Below are positions 9,337 to 18,997 of a DNA stretch of 64,000 nt, in pieces. The DNA comes from a virus. Taxonomy: Duplodnaviria; Caudoviricetes. The stretch covers positions 21 through 64,020 of the IMG/VR virus record IMGVR_UViG_3300047320_000196. One strand, 5' to 3'. The notes below the pieces were generated by a model. It was not told the DNA's origin. It worked only from the letters and a program-made list of their open reading frames with translations, and made no database searches. Positions within the stretch are counted from its first letter, which is position 1, and every line of letters starts with the position of its first letter. The position numbers and the translations under genes were made by a program.

Positions 9337-10365
9337 ATGGACAGTGTTTTTGAAGGTACCTTCCCTACTGACGCGAGCCCAGAGGAAATCTTCCCGCAAA
9401 ACGCGCTCTCAATATTGCCATTCGTTCCGGAGGCCATATCAGCCTGGGCGTCAGGAAACGACCTGCATACCTTCATTCACAAACTACTTGAAGGTACGGG
9501 TTATGAAGATCAGGCAGATGAAAGGCTGGAGGGAGCGATCAACCAAGCCCTGGCTTTGGCAGACCACTTTGCAGAGACCGCAAGTCATTCAATGCCGGCG
9601 CCTGGTGCACGAACCCAAGCACCCGTGATGGTCGACTTTGAGCATGACCCTGTGTTCGGACGGTTAGCCAAGACATTGATAGCTTGGCAAGAGACCATCG
9701 GCAACGTCTTGTCCGAAGCAGGATATTTTTCTCTTTCACACATGCTTGAAACCCGGTCTGATCTGATGTGCTCTGTACAGCTGGCGGGCGCGCTGTACTA
9801 CCGTCAGTCCATGCAAGTGCTGCGCGGATTCATCGAAAGCGTCATTTTACCAATCCATTTTTGCAGACGGCCCGAGCTGTTCAAGAAATGGAAATCTAAC
9901 GAGTACCAAGCGCCTTCGATACGTGGCAAGGACGGAGTTCTATCGCGCCTGAAAAAAGATGGGATCATTTCGACAGAGCTGGAAACTACCATCTCCGATG
10001 CCTACAGCCTGCTCAATGGGTATATCCATGGTAGCGAAGAGAAACTGAACAACACCGGCCTGGATCGAGGCGAGTGGGAAGGTCATACATTCCAACAGGC
10101 GCGGTTCGAGGCATGGGCGCAGGTCTTTGCCTCACTCATCGAGGCCTCCCTCCCTCTCGTCAAAATCAATTTATCTCAGTGGGCAACAGCCAGGTTAGAT
10201 TGGGAATTGTTCTGTAGCGTATGCCATGGTCATGACCTCGAAACCAAGCAGCAAAGAATTGACCCACCGATGACTCAGCATCAGTGTAAGCAATGCAGTC
10301 ATACCTTCTGGAGGAATGAGGACGGCCAGCAATTCGTGCATGCAACCGTAGAATTTCTCGACTGA
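9337..10365 (+). CDS. HEPN-like protein with C-terminal zinc ribbon
   Basis: LRGFIE and YSLLNGYIHG HEPN-like motifs; CSVC...CKQC. Confidence 0.5.
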   Translation: MDSVFEGTFPTDASPEEIFPQNALSILPFVPEAISAWASGNDLHTFIHKLLEGTGYEDQADERLEGAINQALALADHFAETASHSMPAPGARTQAPVMVDFEHDPVFGRLAKTLIAWQETIGNVLSEAGYFSLSHMLETRSDLMCSVQLAGALYYRQSMQVLRGFIESVILPIHFCRRPELFKKWKSNEYQAPSIRGKDGVLSRLKKDGIISTELETTISDAYSLLNGYIHGSEEKLNNTGLDRGEWEGHTFQQARFEAWAQVFASLIEASLPLVKINLSQWATARLDWELFCSVCHGHDLETKQQRIDPPMTQHQCKQCSHTFWRNEDGQQFVHATVEFLD

Positions 10366-10668
10366 TCATTTCATGCGCTCAGGGCTGTGGAGAAGACCTC
10401 AACAGCCCGCCATGCAAACAGACTTTTTAGCTGACCTGCACGGGGATAGCCCAAGCCAAGCCCACGAGTTAACATTTGGGCGTTATTAGCTCTCCACGAC
10501 TCCATGACTCGGGACTCAAGACTCAGGGCTCCCATGACGCTGATCGGGAAGGTTTAAGCTTTGGCCTGTACCTTCACCCAAACCAATCATTCGTGTTTAC
10601 AGAGAGCCGAAAGCTAGTAAGTCGATCACCGCGCCATGTAAGGGTGACCGACAAACTATACAGTCGGA

Positions 10669-12486
10669 TCAGCCTCGTAGTGGGAAGAAGCCGTATCTCC
10701 CACTCTTTCTGCTTTTCGTGAAGTGCTGATAATTCAAATGAGGGATGAGCGCCATATCAGGCTCCTTGTTCTCAAATACAATCACTTGAGAATCTTTGAA
10801 GTTGTCGGCAATATCCTGATAGAACGCATAAATCACGTCCGCTGCCACTTCCTCATCATCTTCCTCAGGCTCCGGATCCCCTTCTTTGTATGTCGTCAGT
10901 GGCGAATCAAGCACCACAAAGCCAGGGTGGCGCCCAGAGAGTTTTAGTAGATTCATCAGCCCTAGAGCAAATGCAGAAGACGCGATGGCTCGATACCCCT
11001 TGCCAAAATTGCCTCTCGCACTCCCACCAATGGTGATGTCCCGTGCTTTGAAGTTGAATTCCACCGGGGCGTGATTCGGGAAACTCCAGCGCTGCAAGAT
11101 ATCCTGAATCTCTTTAACCAAAGGCTTGGCAGACTCCTCAAAGCTTTCAGGGGTGTATTTGTTTTGCTCCTCAAGCAGCAATACACCCAGCTTTTTCAGT
11201 TCCCCTCTTAGCTTGGCCTTATTCGTAACGTACTTATCCAGCGCCGAGTGATCCTGGTTGAGGCATGAGGCTAGCTCCTTCAGATCGCTCACCAGCTGCA
11301 CTGAGCTCTGAATCTCTGTGGAGATCAACTTCTCCAGTGCTGCGATGGACGTTTTGGTAGTCTCAGCGGTGGAAGTATTCCGTTCAATCGCTGCCGCCAG
11401 GGATCCCTGTGCCTCCCCAAGCTCATGGAGGTTTTTCGAAATTCGCTCCAGCTCGAAGGAAACCCCCTTCTTGATGTCATCGACATCGGTTGTGCATGAT
11501 TCGGAGTCGAAATGATTGCCACAGGTTGGACAAAGCACCGCGTCTGACTCGTCGAGTAAGACTGCCGCTTGCTCAATTCCCTGTAGACGCTGGCGGTCTG
11601 ATTCATATTTCTGGCCAAGCATGCCAAACCGCCCCAGTAGGGCCCTATCTTCAGCAATTTTTCCTTCGACCACTTCCAGTTCGGAGATATGGCTGGCCTT
11701 TTGGGTGAATAGCCCTTCACTCGAATGAAAAGCGCCTTCCAGCTCAGTTTCAGCCACCTTGAGCCGAAGCTTAACTTGGGTCGTAAAAGAACTGAGCTTC
11801 TGGAGTTCAAGCGCCTCAGCCGCGTCGTCACCTGGATAGAATTGCTTGATAATGTCTTCGACAGCAGCTGCCCTGTGCCTCAATGCCCCTTTTGACGCCA
11901 ACTCCTTTTTAGCCTGTTTAACCCCGGTGTCGTCTTTCCCCGTCAGCAACAGCTTCAGAATGGATGTCTCCATAGTGCGCTCATCTTTCTGACCCGTACC
12001 CAGTGGAGAGTACTCAGCCACGATTCGCGTTTCATCCATCAAAAATACTTTTTCGAAATCACGAAGAGAGAACGAAGCGTTATTGAGAGAGGCTGTACCT
12101 TTCAACAACAGCTTTCCATTCAACCCCAACCTATCCAGGAATTGATTGGAGATCGAATTCATCTTTGTAGGGTTATGTTTCACCCCCAGGGTTTGAACCT
12201 TCCCCTCTTCATCGTAAAAAGTAGGCTTAGAGCTTTCTGAAAGGTGCCTCTCAATCGTGAAGGAGCGCCCATCATCGTGCACAAACTTAACCTTGAGAGT
12301 GGTGTAGCCCTGCGACTCGTTGATAGGCTTTGGAGGCGTATTTGCACCAAGGGCAAACTTCAGGCACTGAACGATGTAGGACTTACCAGTGTTGGAGCCG
12401 CCTTGAACAACGTTCGCACCCTTCTCAAAATAAACAGCGGCATCTGCACGGTCAGGGCCACTCACGACAACGCTTTCAATATACAT
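10669..12486 (-). CDS. lmuB: Lamassu / ABC-3C SMC-like ATPase
   Basis: Walker A GGSNTGKS, coiled coils with CPTC hook, FGKG signature, Walker B FVVLDSP. Confidence 0.85.
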   Translation of the reverse strand: MYIESVVVSGPDRADAAVYFEKGANVVQGGSNTGKSYIVQCLKFALGANTPPKPINESQGYTTLKVKFVHDDGRSFTIERHLSESSKPTFYDEEGKVQTLGVKHNPTKMNSISNQFLDRLGLNGKLLLKGTASLNNASFSLRDFEKVFLMDETRIVAEYSPLGTGQKDERTMETSILKLLLTGKDDTGVKQAKKELASKGALRHRAAAVEDIIKQFYPGDDAAEALELQKLSSFTTQVKLRLKVAETELEGAFHSSEGLFTQKASHISELEVVEGKIAEDRALLGRFGMLGQKYESDRQRLQGIEQAAVLLDESDAVLCPTCGNHFDSESCTTDVDDIKKGVSFELERISKNLHELGEAQGSLAAAIERNTSTAETTKTSIAALEKLISTEIQSSVQLVSDLKELASCLNQDHSALDKYVTNKAKLRGELKKLGVLLLEEQNKYTPESFEESAKPLVKEIQDILQRWSFPNHAPVEFNFKARDITIGGSARGNFGKGYRAIASSAFALGLMNLLKLSGRHPGFVVLDSPLTTYKEGDPEPEEDDEEVAADVIYAFYQDIADNFKDSQVIVFENKEPDMALIPHLNYQHFTKSRKSGRYGFFPLRG

Positions 12487-12920
12487 CAGACCACCCTGTC
12501 AATTTTATAAATAGTGCGCCGTTGAGCAGCGAGAAAATCAACATTAGCCTCGACCCAAGAAACACGTCTTCTGAAATCCACATGGTATTCAGTACTCAAC
12601 TTGGCGGCAAACACACTACCCGCACTGGTGATAGAGTATCGAACACCTTTCTCATCAACTTGGGAAGTAATCAAACCTTTAGCGGTAAATAGTTTTATGG
12701 CGCTTGGGAAAATTTCTCGCCTACGCACCAGTTCGGCAAGTCGATTCAAAAGGACTGGATGCAGGCTTGCATCCCCTTGAAAGTCACTACTATAAATAGA
12801 GGCATAGTCAAAGAATATAAGTTCATCGAGATCAAGCTGCCGGGCTAAGCCTGCAAGCAACAGAACAATGCGTGCACCAACTTCCACAGGGCTGTTGTAC
12901 AAATCCTTTGAGCTCGTCAT
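12486..12920 (-). CDS. lmuC: Lamassu / ABC-3C middle component
   Basis: LYNSPVEVGAR..LL and DY motifs; coupled between effector and ATPase. Confidence 0.8.
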   Translation of the reverse strand: MTSSKDLYNSPVEVGARIVLLLAGLARQLDLDELIFFDYASIYSSDFQGDASLHPVLLNRLAELVRRREIFPSAIKLFTAKGLITSQVDEKGVRYSITSAGSVFAAKLSTEYHVDFRRRVSWVEANVDFLAAQRRTIYKIDRVV

Positions 12921-13991
12921 CTATTTCTTAATCCATTTAAACTTTAGGTCATTCACCAGTTGATGACATAGCCCCTTTCGATCGGAGGTCTGCAAGAAAT
13001 GCCGAAGTGGATGAGAGTCATATGGAATATTAACGGACTGCGTGCTTACTTCGAGAAAACGTTGATACCCATCATCGAATTTCTTACGCACCACGCTGTG
13101 CAAGCCTTCGTGGCACTCACCTTTGAGGCTTTCATAGCATCCTGTAGGAAAAGCATCGCGCGAAAATATCTCCAGTGACTCAGCGCTGAAAAAGTTAATC
13201 CGCGCTCGCTCAAGATCTTCCTTATACTCAGTGTCCATGACGCTACTGAATGAATACTCTGCACCATCGGCATCAGAGAACGCATCTAAAAGCGCATCAA
13301 TATAAATTTTCTCATTATCACCAACAGCGCTGGGCTCAGGCTTCCGAACCTGCGGTCGCTTAAGATGATAGCTTCCAAACCGCGTCGTGTGATATGGCGT
13401 CAGGGCGTGCCTATCAATTAACTCCTGTGAAGACATTTCATCAACAAATGAAAAATCAAGGGTATTTATATAATCCAACAGACCACCCTCAAGAGGAATG
13501 GACTCCTTCTTCGTAATCTTATCCTTACATACCTTATCCCAACGCTTAATGATCTCAGCCTTGATGCGAGACTTCTTGGACAGCATATCGATGCAATCAG
13601 AGCTGCAGCCTTTAGGGGAAACAAAGCGGTACTCACGCGGCAGGGTGTAATCCTCCCTCCACGTGTAGTAAACCAGCTTACCCAGCTCCCCAACTACGTT
13701 TGCTACGCTCAGTTTATCTTTGTAGTGCTTGCATTGGTAATTGTCCCACCCCGTCGCATGCCGCGCGATGACATCGCGCCCCTTGTCTCCCGCACCAGCA
13801 CAGCGAGTGACCGATTCGTAGTCTTTACCTAAGTAAGAGACGAACTCCAGCGTAAAGATTTCCCAAGTATCCGCAGACATGATCTGCAGGCGATCCAGGG
13901 GATGAACTGTTTCACCTTTTTCTACATCCAGTGCTGTGAGCTCGAATTCCGGGGGTGGAGGGAGCTTAATGGCATTTTCACCAAAAGACAT
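12921..13991 (-). CDS. lmuA: Lamassu / ABC-3C effector: PD-(D/E)xK (Mrr/Cap4-like) nuclease plus C-terminal domain
   Basis: GAGDKGRDV...YQCKHY nuclease motif; C-terminal KGLCHQLVND..W. Confidence 0.8.
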   Translation of the reverse strand: MSFGENAIKLPPPPEFELTALDVEKGETVHPLDRLQIMSADTWEIFTLEFVSYLGKDYESVTRCAGAGDKGRDVIARHATGWDNYQCKHYKDKLSVANVVGELGKLVYYTWREDYTLPREYRFVSPKGCSSDCIDMLSKKSRIKAEIIKRWDKVCKDKITKKESIPLEGGLLDYINTLDFSFVDEMSSQELIDRHALTPYHTTRFGSYHLKRPQVRKPEPSAVGDNEKIYIDALLDAFSDADGAEYSFSSVMDTEYKEDLERARINFFSAESLEIFSRDAFPTGCYESLKGECHEGLHSVVRKKFDDGYQRFLEVSTQSVNIPYDSHPLRHFLQTSDRKGLCHQLVNDLKFKWIKK

Positions 13992-14045
13992 TAGCTACTC
14001 CTCTGCGACAAGGTGCTTTGCTTGCTGAGTTGTAATTAGCCCATA

Positions 14046-14351
14046 TCATAATCCGAGGTCGCGCTCCACCTGTAGAGTCTGGATACGATCTGGCATCTCA
14101 CCAAGGATTTTATTTGGATTCTTCCGCAAGACGCCCGTGAGCTTCTTCAGGAAACGCTGATTCAACTCCATATTCCCCATCAGTTCGGCAATAATGATTT
14201 CAGGGTCAACGTCAGCTTCTTCCAGTCCAATTGCCAGCGCCGCGCGGGCTGCGCCGATGGGTTTGTCCATCGCGTATTCGACTAGATCGGCAGGATGAAA
14301 AGCATATTCCTGCTTCTGTTCCTGGCCCTTTTCCTGCTCCTGCTCACTCAT
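14046..14351 (-). CDS. Hypothetical protein
   Basis: 101-aa ORF with AAGGA upstream, same strand as Lamassu. Confidence 0.55.
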   Translation of the reverse strand: MSEQEQEKGQEQKQEYAFHPADLVEYAMDKPIGAARAALAIGLEEADVDPEIIIAELMGNMELNQRFLKKLTGVLRKNPNKILGEMPDRIQTLQVERDLGL

Positions 14352-15059
14352 GCATGAGTTCCTTAGTTGTCGGCATATTGTTCGTCTGGGGATTCGTCTG
14401 GGTTCTTGAGTTACTGGGCTTTCAGGCTTTCAAGCGGGTGCTCTTCTAATCGCATGCACGACTAAGACTCCCAAGTAGCCGCCTCGGGATATGATGGTCG
14501 TCTGTCTGCGTTTCTGTGGCGTAGCTGATCCATGCCGAATTCCTACCGCCCTACTCTCCCCTTAGGCGGGGGTGGCTGGGCATCTAAGTGTCCATAGGTA
14601 ATGGCACAATACTATCTTTATGCGCCGTGCTGGGGAACCCGACGGGGCGCCTGGAGGGCTAACTGGAGGAGTCGTGCGGGGCACTTGGGGACTGAGGGTT
14701 ATGGAATTGCGGGCTTTGTGTGGGGGTGGGGGTAGCCGACATGTTCATCGATTTGAGAAAAATGGACAATGGACAATGGACAAAAAAATAAGCTACTGAT
14801 TTGTATAGATTTGACATGTCCATTTATGGATTTAGCTCACACGTACAGAACTTATCGGACGCGGCCACGACTTTTTCCTAATCGTCGAGAACAAGATTTC
14901 AGCCGATTCAATAAAGAGACCACGCGTGAGCGCTAACGCCTGCGTCTACCCACGTGAAAGCCGTGAGAATTCCACCCAGAGCCAGCGATTTTGTGGGGGT
15001 AAAATCGTTCACAAATAAAAAGGGTCGCGAAATAAAATCTCGCAACCCTTTGATTTATA

Positions 15060-15107
15060 TGGTCGGGACGGAGTGATTCGAACACTCGACCCCTAGCACC
15101 CCATGCT
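15060..15107 (-). repeat. att core, copy 2 (tRNA-Pro 3' half): island/prophage junction
   Basis: 48-bp tRNA-Pro match; IHF-consensus CAACCCTTTGATT just upstream. Confidence 0.9.
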
Positions 15108-15303
15108 GGGAACTCTAGAAATCCAAGCCCTTGTTTTTAAAGGATAAAACCCTGCCTTAAGAGTAGCAAAACATCCTTTTTTTTGTGATTATGCAAACGG
15201 AAACGCGCGGCCTCCAGAGGAGGTTTTGCGCACCATCTCCACGGCGTTCTGCCGAAAGATCAATCCCACTGCTACGCTGGTTTCGTCCAAAGAGGAAACC
15301 AAA

Positions 15304-15513
15304 ATGCCCAACTCCGACCTGCTCCCTTCCCTACTCTTCAAGATCAACGAAAACCAGCTCGCCCTCGAAGCCGCCATCATGGAGCTGACCAACTGGGTCG
15401 AGCAGCGCGGATCGGCCGATGTCGCCGAGAACGTCCGCGGCGCACTCTGGACGATCGACAAGAACGAGGAGTTTATCAAGATGACCCTGGCGGTTTTGAT
15501 GGCGCCCGAATGA
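15304..15513 (+). CDS. Small hypothetical protein of Pseudomonas prophage ends
   Basis: GAGGA RBS, 69-aa helical ORF. Confidence 0.7.
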   Translation: MPNSDLLPSLLFKINENQLALEAAIMELTNWVEQRGSADVAENVRGALWTIDKNEEFIKMTLAVLMAPE

Positions 15514-15530
15514 AACAAATAATCGCGGCG

Positions 15531-15995
15531 TCAAAACGAGTAACCGGTTGGCACTAAGCTCCATTGAATGGTGGGATGCGATACCGAAACGAACAGTTCG
15601 GGGTTTATCATCTTTATTTCAATGACCCCCTGCCCTCCAGATGCCAGTCCCTTGCCAAGACCACTTTCCGAAGGGGATATCGTCATCTTTAATGGGATAC
15701 GTGTATCGGAGCTTTGCATGTAATACGAGAATTTGACAGTTTTGGCGCTCATAGGAATTGAACCCTGCAGGTCGAATCTGACGATAGGGGTCCACTGATC
15801 TGCACTGACTACTGAGGCTGACTCAGCCACGCCCTGTATTTTTTTTAAGTTCTGCCAAACACTTTCGCCCGCCAAGCTGGAACCTAAAAACATCAGAACT
15901 CCTCCTATGAACGCAGCCAGCGAGCCCACTACAAAGAAAAAAAATCCCACCAGGTTGATTTTGTCGCCGATTCCGGAGGTCATAAACAATTCCAT
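15531..15995 (-). CDS. Moron: N-terminally membrane-anchored hypothetical protein
   Basis: Hydrophobic LVGFFFFVVGSLAAFIGGVLMFLG. Confidence 0.55.
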   Translation of the reverse strand: MELFMTSGIGDKINLVGFFFFVVGSLAAFIGGVLMFLGSSLAGESVWQNLKKIQGVAESASVVSADQWTPIVRFDLQGSIPMSAKTVKFSYYMQSSDTRIPLKMTISPSESGLGKGLASGGQGVIEIKMINPELFVSVSHPTIQWSLVPTGYSF

Positions 15996-16139
15996 TTTTC
16001 GCCGCTCGATTGGTCATAGCAAAAAGTAAATCACTTACCTGGCATCTCGTCGATGCTCTGTTGTGCCGTCATCCTGACTGTTACAACCAAGTTCTACAGC
16101 TCGTCGCCTTCCCCTCGCCCACCTTCCTCGCCTCAATTA

Positions 16140-16155
16140 CTGTACATGCATACAG
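16140..16155. promoter_or_regulatory. LexA (SOS) box
   Basis: CTGTACATGCATACAG = CTGT-N8-ACAG, 25 bp upstream of ATG 16180. Confidence 0.8.
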
Positions 16156-16179
16156 CATCCGTGCAGCGAATCTCCTTCC

Positions 16180-16905
16180 ATGAATTTCGACCAAGCCAAA
16201 ACTCTCCGGCTCCAGCGATGGCGCGCGACTCTCGACGACCACGACTTTCGAATGCAAAACCCCGAGGGGCACCGGGAAACTCTCCATGATATGGCTGCGG
16301 CGCTGCATGCAGAGGGACTGATCGACCAGCTAGAGCGCTTCGACATGAACGAGATGGCAGATGCCGCCTACTGGCACGCCGTGGAGGAGCTGCAGAACTC
16401 GCCGGACCAATACCGCGGAGCGTCGACCTATGACGTCGTGCAGGTCGACAACGGGAAATTGCTGGGCACAATCAGCCGCTCGATCTTCAATTTTTCAAAC
16501 ACCGAGCCGGGCATCGCGTCGTCTTCCTATGACGGCAAGGTTTACTCTGGCCCAGAGGGGATACACCTGAATCTGAGGCTTTCCCGGAATGTCGGCACAA
16601 TCACGGGGCTGATTTTGGAGATGTACGGGCGACGGTACCAATTGATCGAGATGCAACGGATGATCCGCGGCGTTTGCCACGTCCCTATCGACGACCCAGA
16701 TGCGTACCGAGCGCTGGTTGATGCGGCTCAGATTGCCCAAGAGGGTCGAGATCTGCGTCTCTTTGAAAAAGTGCGCCCTCACATTGAATCGGCCGCGTTC
16801 TGCATTTGCCCTGCCTGCCTCGATCGCTTTGGTGCGCGTGATGACTGCCCGGCATGCGCCGGAAAAGGTTTTATGACGAAGCCGGCGCCAGTGGGTCTAC
16901 GCTGA
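16180..16905 (+). CDS. Probably SOS-regulated hypothetical protein with C-terminal Zn finger
   Basis: CPAC...CPACAGKG; LexA box upstream. Confidence 0.7.
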   Translation: MNFDQAKTLRLQRWRATLDDHDFRMQNPEGHRETLHDMAAALHAEGLIDQLERFDMNEMADAAYWHAVEELQNSPDQYRGASTYDVVQVDNGKLLGTISRSIFNFSNTEPGIASSSYDGKVYSGPEGIHLNLRLSRNVGTITGLILEMYGRRYQLIEMQRMIRGVCHVPIDDPDAYRALVDAAQIAQEGRDLRLFEKVRPHIESAAFCICPACLDRFGARDDCPACAGKGFMTKPAPVGLR

Positions 16906-16928
16906 AGTAACCAGGCGAGGATCCGGCA

Positions 16929-17608
16929 ATGTGCGGACGACTATCCCAGTACAGCGGCATTGACGACTTCGTGGGGCGTTAAGCATGCAGAACGCCCTGG
17001 TCAACTCAACCGGGGAGCAGCCTTTCGAGCGGTACAACGCCGCGCCGACCGCCCAGCTCGCCCTTTTTCACCAGGAACGCCAATTCCTGCAAACGGACAT
17101 GGTTCGGTGGGGATGGCGCCGCACTGGGCATAAGATCGCGCCGCACCGATCAACGCCAGGGCAGAGAAAGTCGCCCACGGCTCATTCTTCCGCACGATCT
17201 GGTCACACCGGGCGATCATCGCGATCAACAACTGGTTCGAGCGGGTCGACGAAGACGGGGCGAAGAAGCGGCCTTATCTGACCAGGCACCGTGACCAATC
17301 GCCGACTCTTTGTGCTCCCATTGACCAATACCCGAATGAGGAACACGGCCCGGGCGAGCATGACGGCTTCGTGATCATTACCGCTGACAGCGCCGGCGGC
17401 ATGGTCGATATCCATTGATCGGCGGCCGGTGACGTTATCGCCAGAGCTCGCTCGCGAATGGCTGGATCCGGCAACGCCGAAAGAACGGGCTGAGTAGATG
17501 GTACTGAACCTGGGCGAACCGACTGAAGTTTTCGAGTGGTTCAACGTCGGACGGACTGTGGGGAATGTTCGGGATCAAGGTCTAGATTTGAGAAGGCGGG
17601 TTATTTAA
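16929..17608 (+). pseudogene. SRAP (YedK/HMCES-like) pseudogene
   Basis: Starts MCGRLSQY; ERYNAAPT, RWG and INARAEKVA motifs lie in different frames; multiple frameshifts and stops. Confidence 0.85.
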
Positions 17609-17624
17609 ACCCAGTGCGCCGCTA

Positions 17625-17954
17625 TCACTTAAAATTATGTAAAACCAATCTAGATACGATGGAGATCATGCTAAGGCTGTACACCAACAATACGGCAAAA
17701 TGAACAAATACATTCAATTTCGCTTCGTTCAACTTACGTATCCCATGGCGCTCATTTATGATTACCAGAGATGCTCCGACGACGACGATGCAGGTTCCAC
17801 TGAGAATCCGCATGACATCCCAAAATCCCTGCCCTTGCTCCTCCGTCAATAGGCTGAAACCTATGGCTAGAATGACTGCTGCGACTGCAAAATTTTTGTA
17901 ATGGTCGAAGATCGTTTTGACCGCATTATCACTTGCTATCAACTTCTTAAACAT
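17625..17954 (-). CDS. Moron: small multi-TM membrane protein
   Basis: Three hydrophobic segments, AT-rich, GAGGGG RBS. Confidence 0.6.
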   Translation of the reverse strand: MFKKLIASDNAVKTIFDHYKNFAVAAVILAIGFSLLTEEQGQGFWDVMRILSGTCIVVVGASLVIINERHGIRKLNEAKLNVFVHFAVLLVYSLSMISIVSRLVLHNFK

Positions 17955-18003
17955 AATTACCCCTCTCGAAAAAAAGCCATTAAAACATTTTATTTTGCTT
18001 CCG

Positions 18004-18519
18004 TTAATTGGCTCGAAGTACTTCGCGCACGTACGTTTGGCACGCAGATAACGCAATCAGCCCCCGGTCGCCTGCGTCGGTGATGGCGATAATTCGTTGA
18101 GCATGCGCCGTGTCAAGTTGGGCTCGTACGGCTGCATGATCCACGCCGCCGGCGCCGGTGGTGGCTGGCACCCCACAGCCTTTGGCAGCGTCGGTTGCGT
18201 CGATGAGGACTGACAGGCGCAGATCAGCAGTGGCAAGGCGATCGCGCAGGCGATCTTGGTCACGTTGGGCATCGGTCATTTTCCTGAAGTGGGTTTGTTC
18301 ACTGGCCGCCAGCCGCTGCTCGAGCGCCAGGCGTTTGTCCTGCTCGGCCTGTTGCGCGGTGGCGGCGGCCGAGGTCAGTTGATTGAGTGTTTCGGCGTGC
18401 TGCTGGGCCTGCTGGGCCAACTGCTTCCCGTAGCGCCAGTCCTGAAATTGCCAGGCACTGACGGCGCCAATCAGCACCAGCGCCAGCGCGCCCACCGCTT
18501 TCCACGGAACGACCATCAC
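18004..18519 (-). CDS. Rz-like i-spanin
   Basis: N-terminal TM, coiled coil, ALSACQTY; follows endolysin. Confidence 0.85.
   Translation of the reverse strand: MMVVPWKAVGALALVLIGAVSAWQFQDWRYGKQLAQQAQQHAETLNQLTSAAATAQQAEQDKRLALEQRLAASEQTHFRKMTDAQRDQDRLRDRLATADLRLSVLIDATDAAKGCGVPATTGAGGVDHAAVRAQLDTAHAQRIIAITDAGDRGLIALSACQTYVREVLRAN
18057..18272 (-). CDS. Rz1-like o-spanin lipoprotein nested in Rz
   Basis: Signal peptide with lipobox (LICAC), Pro-rich, out of frame inside Rz. Confidence 0.75.
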   Translation of the reverse strand: MPNVTKIACAIALPLLICACQSSSTQPTLPKAVGCQPPPAPAAWIMQPYEPNLTRRMLNELSPSPTQATGG

Positions 18520-18938
18520 GGCACATCCTTGAAGAAGACGTGCCCGCCCAGCTTCAGCGTCAGCTTTGCCTTCGCCGCCCAGGCCGGTGCCTTGATGCTG
18601 GTGGCGTAGTAATGCGTGGCGCCGCCGGTAGGATCAGGCACCGCGCCGTCGATCACCTTGTCAGCAGCGATCCGCGCCTGCGCCAGCTCGCGGAACGGGA
18701 TTTCCTTCACGCCGATCAGGAACTGATAGTTGGGGTCGGTCTTGTTCCAGCAGCTGAACTGGTACGGCCTCTGGCAGACGCCGGCATAGCCCTCGCCCCA
18801 CCACGAATTAGTCTTACCGTCGAACACGCGGTTGCGGATCGTCCACGCCACGGCGATCTGGCCGGCTGTTCCTTCGCCGCGGGCCTCGCCCCACAAGGTG
18901 CGGGCAAGAATGTCGCGGTCTTTATCGGTTGCAGTCAT
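18516..18938 (-). CDS. Endolysin, SleB/Hydrolase_2 cell wall hydrolase
   Basis: LARTLWGEARGE, YQFSCWN, GATHYY, GGHVFF. Confidence 0.9.
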   Translation of the reverse strand: MTATDKDRDILARTLWGEARGEGTAGQIAVAWTIRNRVFDGKTNSWWGEGYAGVCQRPYQFSCWNKTDPNYQFLIGVKEIPFRELAQARIAADKVIDGAVPDPTGGATHYYATSIKAPAWAAKAKLTLKLGGHVFFKDVP

Positions 18939-18997
18939 CACTTTTCTCCAGGCAAAAAAATACCCGCTCGGTGGCGGGTTTCGTTGATCGTGTCGGA

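Larger units (their letters stand above)
234..15107. mobile_element. Integrative defence island at tRNA-Pro, immobilised by a dead integrase
   Basis: Bounded by tRNA-Pro 3' repeats; integrase next to left att; TTTTGTGGGGG near both ends (360-370, 14989-14999); defence-type cargo. Confidence 0.85.
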
